The notes under the pieces were generated by a model. That model was not told where the DNA came from and did not search any database. It saw nothing but the letters and a program-made list of their open reading frames with translations. Shown one piece after another: positions 8,865 to 15,693 of a DNA stretch of 22,494 bases. A program made the translations under genes and the position numbers. Source of the DNA: Candidatus Eiseniibacteriota bacterium. Lineage in GTDB: Bacteria > Eisenbacteria > RBG-16-71-46. Numbering within the stretch: the first letter of the stretch is position 1; the number at the start of each line of letters is the position of its first letter. The stretch is from NCBI GenBank assembly GCA_041483195.1, contig JBGPFC010000050.1:1-22494 (forward strand), read 5' to 3'.

Positions 8865-9230
8865 GTCCGGGAGGCCCCCTCCCTTCGTTTGCCGAACGGA
8901 CAGCCCTTCGCGCCGCTCAACCCCCGAAGCACGCGTGCTGCGCTCGTCCGCGGTCCCTGACCGCGGCCGCGCCATTGGCTTTCCGCCGGCAGGCCGACAT
9001 CGCTCGTGCCGTTCGGCGAGCGCAAGTCACTGCGCTGTGGATCACGAAGGCGAGTGTGAGATCGGGGGACTCCCTCGTCGGCGTCGTGAAGCAGCGCAGC
9101 TAGAGGCCGCACTGGGGCGGCGTTGAGGCCGGCGCGATGCTGCGCGCGGACGCAAACCCTCGGTCTTCCGTCCGTGAGCGGAAGGCCTCGCAGGTTCGAG
9201 GAGGGCCGGTGACGACACCGGCCCTCTTTC
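8865..9230 (+). ncRNA. Candidate structured non-coding RNA of unknown class (~365 nt)
   Basis: Own promoter and terminator, no convincing ORF. Helices 8889-8899/9009-9019, 8948-8955/8959-8966, 9030-9037/9092-9099, 9042-9047/9084-9089, 9049-9054/9074-9079, 9162-9170/9179-9187. Confidence 0.5.
9201..9230 (+). terminator. Intrinsic terminator-like hairpin
   Basis: GAGGGCCGGTG-ACGA-CACCGGCCCTC perfect 11-bp stem followed by TTTCAATTC on the + strand. It also abuts the stop codon of the - strand Lon-N gene. Confidence 0.7.
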
Positions 9231-9894
9231 AATTCTGTTCGCCGCCTCCGGGCCGGGGCGGCGTCTCGCGCGCCTGCAAGCGTCGCTCCACCCGCGCGCG
9301 CACCTGGCGGCCGCGCTCGATCACGTTGTCGAGGGTCAGCAGATCGAGCTTCTCCTCGCCCCCGGCTTCGAGGCTCATGCACATGAGGTTCACGAGCGCC
9401 TCGTAGGACAGGTCGGGCCCCGGCGCGCGGGGCGCGGGCTCGCCGGCGAGCGATGAGGCGGCGGCGAGCAGCCGCTGGAACACCTCGCTGGTCGCCTGTC
9501 GCTCGATCTGCACCAGCGGATCGTCTTCGGTGTACGGCTCCTGCGGCAGCACGCGCACCCGCGCCGCGCGGTACGGGTACTCGCGCAGGCGCTGCTCCAA
9601 TCGCACGCGCGCGAGGCCCAGCACGCGCAGGTTGAAGCAATCGTTCGGGAGCCACTCGACTTCCTCGAAGCGCGCGAGGCAGCCCATCGGGAAGTAGTCG
9701 GGGCTGCCCCGGTAGTCGCGCTCCCAGCCCGGCTTCAGCAGCGCGAGCGCGATGACGCGCTCGCCCGACAGCGCGTCGCGCACCATGGTGCGGTAGCGCA
9801 GCTCGAAGACGTGCAGCGGCAGGAGCGTGTGCGGGAAGAGCACCACGCCGGGCAACGGGAACACGGGCACCGCGTGCCGCGGCTCGGACAGCAA
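9229..9894 (-). CDS. LON peptidase substrate-binding (N-terminal) domain protein, stand-alone
   Basis: PVFPLPGVVLFPHTLLPLHVFELRYRTMVRDAL signature; no ATPase or protease domain. Confidence 0.92.
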   Translation of the reverse strand: MLSEPRHAVPVFPLPGVVLFPHTLLPLHVFELRYRTMVRDALSGERVIALALLKPGWERDYRGSPDYFPMGCLARFEEVEWLPNDCFNLRVLGLARVRLEQRLREYPYRAARVRVLPQEPYTEDDPLVQIERQATSEVFQRLLAAASSLAGEPAPRAPGPDLSYEALVNLMCMSLEAGGEEKLDLLTLDNVIERGRQVRARVERRLQARETPPRPGGGEQN

Positions 9895-9913
9895 CGGGCC
9901 TCCGCAGCGAGAA

Positions 9914-10393
9914 TCAATCCTCGCTCACGAACTCCAGCACGTCCTTGATGTGGCCGTCCACCTTGACCTTCGGGTAGATCTGCGCGACGCGCCCGGTGCG
10001 GTCGATCACGAAGGTGGTGCGCTCGATGCCCAGGTACTTCTTGCCGTAGAGGTTCTTGGTCTTGTACACCCCGAACATCTTGGACACGGTCGCGTCTTCG
10101 TCGGAGAGCAGCGGGAACGGCAGCTTCTGCTTCTCGCGGAAATGCTGGTGCAGCTCCATCGGATCGTTCGAGATGCCCAGCACCACCACCTTCTGCTTGT
10201 CGAACTCCGCCATGTGGTCGCGGAAGTCGCAGGCCTCGCGCGTGCAGCCCGGGGTCTCGTCCTTCGGGTAGAAGTAGAGCACGACCGTCTTCTTGCCCTT
10301 GAACTGCTTGAGCGAAATGTTTTCGCCGGTGGTCGAAGGCAGCGTGAAATCCGGCGCGGGTTTCCCGATGACGGGCAAGATACTCGTCGGCAT
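9914..10393 (-). CDS. bcp: Thioredoxin-dependent thiol peroxidase (BCP/PrxQ)
   Basis: APDFTL, LYFYPKDETPGCTREACDFRD, LPFPLLSD, GIERTTFVID; GGAGG RBS. Confidence 0.96.
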   Translation of the reverse strand: MPTSILPVIGKPAPDFTLPSTTGENISLKQFKGKKTVVLYFYPKDETPGCTREACDFRDHMAEFDKQKVVVLGISNDPMELHQHFREKQKLPFPLLSDEDATVSKMFGVYKTKNLYGKKYLGIERTTFVIDRTGRVAQIYPKVKVDGHIKDVLEFVSED

Positions 10394-10412
10394 GCATCCT
10401 CCCGGAAGCGAT

Positions 10413-10436
10413 GCCGGGCTCCCGCGGGAGCCCGGC
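10413..10436. other. Perfect 24-bp palindrome between sod and bcp
   Basis: GCCGGGCTCCCGCGGGAGCCCGGC equals its own reverse complement. Confidence 0.8.
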
Positions 10437-10471
10437 TCGAGGAACGCGAACGCGTTCCGATTTCGGTGCCG

Positions 10472-11086
10472 CTACTTGTGAACCGCCTGCATGGCGAGCG
10501 CGCGGTCGAGGTTCTGCTCGACCACGGCCCAGTCCAGGTTGTTGAAGAACGCCTCGATGTACTTGGCGCGCGCCCGGCCGTAGTCGATCCAGTACGCGTG
10601 CTCGTACACGTCGAGCGCGAGAATCGGCGTGGCGTTCCAGAGCGGGAACGTGTTCTGAGCGTCGCCGGTCGCCGTGGTGAGCGTGTTCCAGTCATGGTCG
10701 TACGCGAGCCACACCCAGCCGCGCGCCGCGAGACCCGACGCCTTGAAGTCGGCGAGCCAGGCATCGTACGAGGGGTAGTCGCGCTTGATCATGTCCATCA
10801 CGCGGCCGCTCGGCGTGCCGCCCTTGCCGCCGAGGTGGGCGAAGTAGATCTCGTGGTTCTTCACGCCGCCGATCGCGAACGAGAGATCGGTGCGCAGCCC
10901 GCGCAGGTCGCTGTAGATCTGGTTCGCGGTGGCGCGATCGACCGTCATGAGCTTGTCCTGGATCTCGTTGGTCTTCGCGATGTAGCCCTTGTACAGCTCG
11001 TAGTGCTCTTCCATGGTGCGCGCGCAGATGCCGTTCAGCTCGCGGATCGACGCGAAGGTCTTGGGGCTGAGCTTCGGGAATGGCAT
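10472..11086 (-). CDS. Fe/Mn superoxide dismutase family protein
   Basis: Metal ligands EEHYELYKGY, NHEIYF and the DVYEHAY signature; GWVWL; AAGGAGG RBS before ATG 11086. Confidence 0.93.
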   Translation of the reverse strand: MPFPKLSPKTFASIRELNGICARTMEEHYELYKGYIAKTNEIQDKLMTVDRATANQIYSDLRGLRTDLSFAIGGVKNHEIYFAHLGGKGGTPSGRVMDMIKRDYPSYDAWLADFKASGLAARGWVWLAYDHDWNTLTTATGDAQNTFPLWNATPILALDVYEHAYWIDYGRARAKYIEAFFNNLDWAVVEQNLDRALAMQAVHK

Positions 11087-11150
11087 GTGTTCCTCCTTCA
11101 TCAGGGCCGGGTGGGACCAGCCTCGTGGGCTGCGCCTTCGGAGAGGGCCA

Positions 11151-11180
11151 AAGCTAGCGCCGCCGCGCGCGGGGTGTCAA
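11151..11180 (-). promoter_or_regulatory. Sigma70-like promoter of sod-bcp-lonN
   Basis: TTGACA-N18-TAGCTT. Confidence 0.6.
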
Positions 11181-11226
11181 CAGCCACGTGGAGCGGGAAT
11201 GCGGCGGGCGCGAACCGCTCGCCGCG

Positions 11227-11712
11227 CTAAGCCGGCCGGCGCCGGATGCCGCTGGTGCGCGTGATGAGCCCCGCCCGCACCGAGTCGAACAGCGAGCGGA
11301 TGCGCGGCAGGCTCACCTCGCACTCCGAATCGTAGCTGCGGCACGCCGCGAGCGTGAAGCCGCAGCCGCAGGTGCAGCGCTCGGCGTTCGCGAAGCGCAC
11401 GAAGATCTCGCGCCGCGGCGCGCTGAGCAGCGCGAGGTCCACGTCGCGTACCTCCTCCACCCAGCGCTGCTTGATCGCGACCGAGTCATCGCTGGTCTTC
11501 GCGCGCTCCAGCGCCTGCTGCACCACGCGCTCGTCGGGGTTGAGGTTCACGTCGGGAGCCGCGGTCGCGGGCGGCGCGGTCATCGCGGCGGGCGTCTCGC
11601 GCCGCGGCGGGCGCGCGAGCGTGTACCACGCGGCGAGCCCCGCGAGCAGCGCGACGATTGCGGCGAGCGCGATCCAGTGGGCGCGGCCGTGCTCATTGCG
11701 TGCATGGATCAT
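11227..11712 (-). CDS. Membrane-anchored hypothetical protein with C-terminal CxCxC-x5-C-x6-C domain
   Basis: N-terminal TM helix (WIALAAIVALLAGLAAWYTL), Pro/Ala linker, then VDLALLS...ANAERCTCGCGFTLAACRSYDSECEVSLP. Confidence 0.8.
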   Translation of the reverse strand: MIHARNEHGRAHWIALAAIVALLAGLAAWYTLARPPRRETPAAMTAPPATAAPDVNLNPDERVVQQALERAKTSDDSVAIKQRWVEEVRDVDLALLSAPRREIFVRFANAERCTCGCGFTLAACRSYDSECEVSLPRIRSLFDSVRAGLITRTSGIRRRPA

Positions 11713-11720
11713 GGCCGACA

Positions 11721-11788
11721 AGCGTACGAGCGGGCATGCCGCGTCGCAAGCCCCGCCGATTGACCCCCGCGCGCCGCGCACCTAGCAT
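11721..11788. promoter_or_regulatory. Back-to-back sigma70-like promoters
   Basis: Minus strand TTGCGA-N17-TACGCT-N8-ATG(11712); plus strand TTGACC-N17-TAGCAT-N9-ATG(11798). Confidence 0.6.
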
Positions 11789-11797
11789 CGCGCGTCA

Positions 11798-12394
11798 ATG
11801 AATGCCGACCCGGAGAAGAGCCCCAGCTGGACGCGGGCGATCGCGCCCGATGCGGCGGAGGGCGAGCTGCGCGCTGTGTACGAGCGCATGCGCGCGCGCT
11901 CGGCGAGCGGCTCGATCGCGAACCTGTGGCAGGTGCTCGGCCACGACGCGCGGGATCTCGAGGCCGTGCACGCGCTCTACCGCTCGCTCACCGATGACCC
12001 CGCGCCGCTCACGCGCGCGCAGGCCGAGCTGATCGCGGTGGTGGTCTCGGCCACCAACGGCTCGGCGTACGGCGTCGCGCATCACGGACCGGCGCTCGCG
12101 AAGGCGCTCGGCGACGAGGCGCTGGCGCGCGCGGTCGCGCTCGACTATCGCGAGGCGAACCTCACCGCCCGCGACCGCGTGCTGCTCGATTGCGCGGTGG
12201 CGCTCACCTGCGAGCCCGCCGAGCGCAAGCGCGAAGACGTCGAGCGGCTGCGCGAGTACGGCTTCGACGACGACGCGATCGTGAAAGCCACGGCGATCGC
12301 GGCCTGGTACAACTTCTCGAACCGGCTCGCGTGCGCGCTCGGCGTGGAGCTGGAGCCGGGGCGGGAACGATGGGAGTTCGGCGCGCAGCGATAA
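11798..12394 (+). CDS. AhpD/CMD-family peroxidase-related protein lacking the CxxC
   Basis: LTRAQAELIAVVVSATNGSAYGVAHHG, DVERLREYGFDDDAI, AWYNFSNRLACALG are typical of the uncharacterized peroxidase-related family. Confidence 0.85.
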   Translation: MNADPEKSPSWTRAIAPDAAEGELRAVYERMRARSASGSIANLWQVLGHDARDLEAVHALYRSLTDDPAPLTRAQAELIAVVVSATNGSAYGVAHHGPALAKALGDEALARAVALDYREANLTARDRVLLDCAVALTCEPAERKREDVERLREYGFDDDAIVKATAIAAWYNFSNRLACALGVELEPGRERWEFGAQR

Positions 12395-12401
12395 GCGACA
12401 C

Positions 12402-13619
12402 TCAGCCCGCCGCCATCGCCTCTCTGTAGATCGCAAGCAGCCCCTCGACGTGCCGCTGCGGATCCGCGATCGCGCGCACGCGCTCGCGGCCCGCTTCGCC
12501 CCAGGCCCGCGCGCCGGGATCGTGGATCGCGCGCATCGCGTGCGTGCCGAGCGTGTCCGCGTCGCCGGGCTCGGCGAGCAACCCCGTGACCTCGTGCTCG
12601 ATCAGCTCCGGGAGCGCGCCGATGCGCGAGGCGACCACCGGGCGCGCATCGAGCAACGCCTCGGCGGGCGCGTAGCCGAAGTGCTCGTAGAACAGGCTCG
12701 GCACCACGACCACGCGCGCGGCCGCGCGTGCGGCGGCGAGCGACGCCTCGGCGAGATGTCCGAGCCGCTTGATGTTCGGCACGGCCTGCGCGTCGAGCCA
12801 CGCGCCGAGCGGACCCTCCCCCGCGACGAACAGCCAGTCGGGCGCGATCTGCTTCGCGATCGCGGGCAGCAGCCTCACGCCCTTTTCCACAGAGAGCCTG
12901 CCGGAGAACAGCGCGTAGCGCGGATCGGGCGTTGCGCCCCCCGCGCCATCGGGCGTCACCGCCTCCACGCCGTGCGCGAGCGGGCGCAGGCGATCCGCGC
13001 TCAACCCCCACTCCAGCGCCTTCTCGATCACGAATCGTGAAGGCGCGATCCACAGGCGCACCGCGCGATAGGCGTGGCCCCACTCGTGCGCGTAGGCCTC
13101 GATCGTTCCGACCGCGCTCTTCAGGCGCGAGTCCTGCACGCAACCGGTCGCGAGCGCGTTCCAGTGGGCGCCGCCGCGGCAGCGCTCGCACGGGGCGCCG
13201 TGCGCGAACATGATGCGGTTCGTGCACCATGGCTTGAAATCGTGGAGCGTCATCACCACCGGCACGCGCGCGCGCTCGAGCGGCCGCAGGATCGACGGGG
13301 TGAGGTAGCGGCTCGGCGCGTGAAGGTGCGCGATCTCGGGTTTGAATTCCGCGATCAATCGCGCCATCGCGGCGGCGGCGGGCCGCGACCAGAGCGCGCG
13401 CGGCAATTGCGCGAGCTGGCCCAGGGCCGGCGCGCCCTCGCCGAAGTCGGCGGCCGGCGCGAACCGATCGGCGGTCGGGCTCGGCAGGTTCTTCGGGTCG
13501 CGGATCGCGAAGTGCGCGACCTCGTGACCGGCCGCGGCGAGCCAGCGCGACTCGTCGAGGTAGGTGCGCTCGACGCCGCCCTTCAGATAGTGGAACGCGT
13601 TGACCAGCAGGACTCGCAC
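12402..13619 (-). CDS. Glycosyltransferase family 4 (GT-B)
   Basis: RVLLVN..YLKGGVE, VMTLHDF, FSGRLSVEKG, VVPSLFYEHFGYAPAEA, VVASRIGALPELIEHEVTG; GGAGG RBS before GTG 13619. Confidence 0.92.
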   Translation of the reverse strand: MRVLLVNAFHYLKGGVERTYLDESRWLAAAGHEVAHFAIRDPKNLPSPTADRFAPAADFGEGAPALGQLAQLPRALWSRPAAAAMARLIAEFKPEIAHLHAPSRYLTPSILRPLERARVPVVMTLHDFKPWCTNRIMFAHGAPCERCRGGAHWNALATGCVQDSRLKSAVGTIEAYAHEWGHAYRAVRLWIAPSRFVIEKALEWGLSADRLRPLAHGVEAVTPDGAGGATPDPRYALFSGRLSVEKGVRLLPAIAKQIAPDWLFVAGEGPLGAWLDAQAVPNIKRLGHLAEASLAAARAAARVVVVPSLFYEHFGYAPAEALLDARPVVASRIGALPELIEHEVTGLLAEPGDADTLGTHAMRAIHDPGARAWGEAGRERVRAIADPQRHVEGLLAIYREAMAAG

Positions 13620-13682
13620 GCGTGTCCTCCGCTGATTGTCCGCACCGCCCGCGCCCCGTTCGCGCGGGGTCATCGCGCGATG

Positions 13683-14504
13683 CTACGTCGCGCCGCCCGC
13701 CGCCACGTCGGGCGCGTGCTCGACCTCCGCGAGATCGAATTCGACGAGCGCCTCGCCCACCCCGGGACCCGACTCGTAGCAGCGCACGGTGCCGGTCGCG
13801 TCGTTCCCGAGAAATCCCCGCATCACCTCGAGGTGCCGCAGCCCGGCTTCGGGCTGCGCCTTCTTCACCATCGCCGCGCTGCGCCTGCCGAGTTCGTCCC
13901 ACGCGCCGCGCGCAAGCGCATCGAGCGCCCATGCGTCGAACGCCGCGGACTCCGGGACGACGCGCCGCAAATTCCACGCGTGCTCGTTGCGCGACAGCAC
14001 GCCGCCCGCCACGAACGCGACGCGCTCCGGCCACGCAGCGAGCGTGCGCCGGATGCACGCGCCCCACGCTCGGCACTCGGCGGCCGGGCGCGGCGGCAGC
14101 GAGAGCGGAACCACGCGCAGCTTCGCGCGCGGCGCGAGGAAGTGCATCGGCACGGTGACGCCGCTGTCGACCCCGTACTTCGCGGCGGCCACGTGCACGC
14201 GGTCGCGCAGGCCGGCCTCGACCAGCGCCTTCGCCAGCGCCGGGTGCCCGTCGCAATCGTGGCGCACCTCGACGCCGAGGCCCGCGTAGTCGGTGAGCGT
14301 CGCGTGGCGGCGGCTCGCGTCGACGCGGAACGGGCCCGCCACGGCCCAGCGCGCGGAGAGCACGACGACCGCGACCGGAGATTCGGCCAGCAGCCGCTCC
14401 GAAGCCGCGGCGAGCGCGTTCAGCATCTCGGTGTGATGCTGGCGATGTTCGTCCATCAGCAGCGTGGGCAGGATCGGCGCGAGCAGCGCGTGCGAGGTCA
14501 GCAT
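13683..14504 (-). CDS. LigB/class III extradiol dioxygenase-fold protein with degenerate metal-binding motifs
   Basis: VVVLSARW, GHPALAKALVEAG, VDSGVTVPMHFL, VVPLSL, WGACIRR, VAFVAGGVLSRN, FDAWALDAL follow the LigB-family motif order. Confidence 0.75.
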   Translation of the reverse strand: MLTSHALLAPILPTLLMDEHRQHHTEMLNALAAASERLLAESPVAVVVLSARWAVAGPFRVDASRRHATLTDYAGLGVEVRHDCDGHPALAKALVEAGLRDRVHVAAAKYGVDSGVTVPMHFLAPRAKLRVVPLSLPPRPAAECRAWGACIRRTLAAWPERVAFVAGGVLSRNEHAWNLRRVVPESAAFDAWALDALARGAWDELGRRSAAMVKKAQPEAGLRHLEVMRGFLGNDATGTVRCYESGPGVGEALVEFDLAEVEHAPDVAAGGAT

Positions 14505-14519
14505 GGGATCGGCCGCGTC

Positions 14520-15566
14520 CTAGTGATGCCGGATGCGGAACTCGTCCCCGCCCGCGGCGTGCGCCGCCTGATCGGTCGCGCGCGCGGCCGCGCGCTCGTT
14601 GCCGGCGCCGACCGCGACCCCCTTGGCGCGCGCCGAGGCCAGCAGCTCGCCCGGGAGCGGAAACATGATGCGCTCCTCGACCAGCCGGAACGTCTCGACG
14701 CGGTATTCGCCCAGCGACCCGACTCGCTCCACGCAGGCCTGCACCACCGCCTCCGGCGTCGATGCGCCGGCGGTGATGCCGACGTCGCCCGCGATCCACT
14801 CGGTGCGGATGTCCTCTGCGGCCTCGATCAGGTGCGCGCTCGCGCCGTGCAGCGCGGCGACCTCGACCAGGCGATTCGCGTTGCTGCTGGTGGGCGCGCC
14901 CACCACCAGGATCACGCGGCAGCGGCGCGCCAGCTCCTTCACCGCGTCCTGGCGGTTCTGCGTGGCGTAGCAGATGTCGGCCTTGGCCGGCTCGTGGATC
15001 GCGGGATACTTGCGGCGCAGCGCCTCGACGATCGCGCGCACGTCGTCGACCGAGAGCGTGGTCTGCGAGATGTACGCCACCTTCGCGGGATCGGGAAGCG
15101 CGAGCGCCTCGACGTCGGCCACGGTCTCGACGATCACGGTCGAGTCCGGGGCCTCGCCCAGCGTGCCCTGTACCTCGACGTGATGGCGATGGCCGATCAG
15201 CACGATGGTGTAGCCCTCCTTCGCATAGCGGAGCGCCTCGAGGTGGACCTTGGTCACGAGCGGACAGGTCGCATCGAGCGTGCGCAGCCCGCGCGCCGCG
15301 GCCTCGCGCCGCACCGCCGGCGAGACGCCGTGCGCAGAGAAGATCAGCACCGCTCCGGGAGGAACGTCGGCGAGATCGTCCGTGAACACCGCGCCCTTGC
15401 GGCGCAGGTCTTCGACGACGTGACGGTTGTGCACGATCTCGTGCCGCACCCAGATCGGCGCGCCGAACACCTGGAGGGCGATCTCGACCACGTCGATCGC
15501 GCGGTCCACGCCCGCGCAGAAGCCGCGCGGAGCTGCGAGGAAAATCGTGTGCGGGGCGCTGCTCAT
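14520..15566 (-). CDS. ispH: 4-hydroxy-3-methylbut-2-enyl diphosphate reductase
   Basis: PRGFCAGVDRAI, HEIVHN, FSAHGV, DATCPLVTKVH, SQTTLS, DICYATQNRQ, SSNANRL, GITAGASTP. Confidence 0.97.
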   Translation of the reverse strand: MSSAPHTIFLAAPRGFCAGVDRAIDVVEIALQVFGAPIWVRHEIVHNRHVVEDLRRKGAVFTDDLADVPPGAVLIFSAHGVSPAVRREAAARGLRTLDATCPLVTKVHLEALRYAKEGYTIVLIGHRHHVEVQGTLGEAPDSTVIVETVADVEALALPDPAKVAYISQTTLSVDDVRAIVEALRRKYPAIHEPAKADICYATQNRQDAVKELARRCRVILVVGAPTSSNANRLVEVAALHGASAHLIEAAEDIRTEWIAGDVGITAGASTPEAVVQACVERVGSLGEYRVETFRLVEERIMFPLPGELLASARAKGVAVGAGNERAAARATDQAAHAAGGDEFRIRHH

Positions 15567-15693
15567 GCGGGCGTCGGGCCTCTCTGGGGGAGCGAGTTCG
15601 AGCGCGTGCAATCTACGTCGAAGGGCGCGGCGGGCGCAATGCGGGGGCTCGAACGGCCGCATCGCCCCGCGAGCCGAGCCGGCGGCCGGGCGT

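Noticed and set aside
8805..8976. Minus-strand ORF upstream of tnaA ending ...LPWMQWRNVRGL* with two Trp codons (TnaC-like leader?)
   Set aside because: No RBS, no TnaC-like W-x3-D...P-stop pattern, and it overlaps the predicted promoters; the Trp codons fall in the AT-richer promoter patch.
9147..9200. GGACGCAAA..CGGTCT resembles part of the c-di-GMP-I (GEMM) riboswitch core
   Set aside because: No upstream GGCAAAC/GNRA P2 hairpin or tetraloop receptor, and no downstream + strand gene to regulate.
9188..9210. GGTTCGA, like a tRNA/tmRNA T-loop or the end of group II intron domain V
   Set aside because: Flanks do not form a T-stem; no acceptor stem or CCA; no domain V catalytic-triad hairpin.
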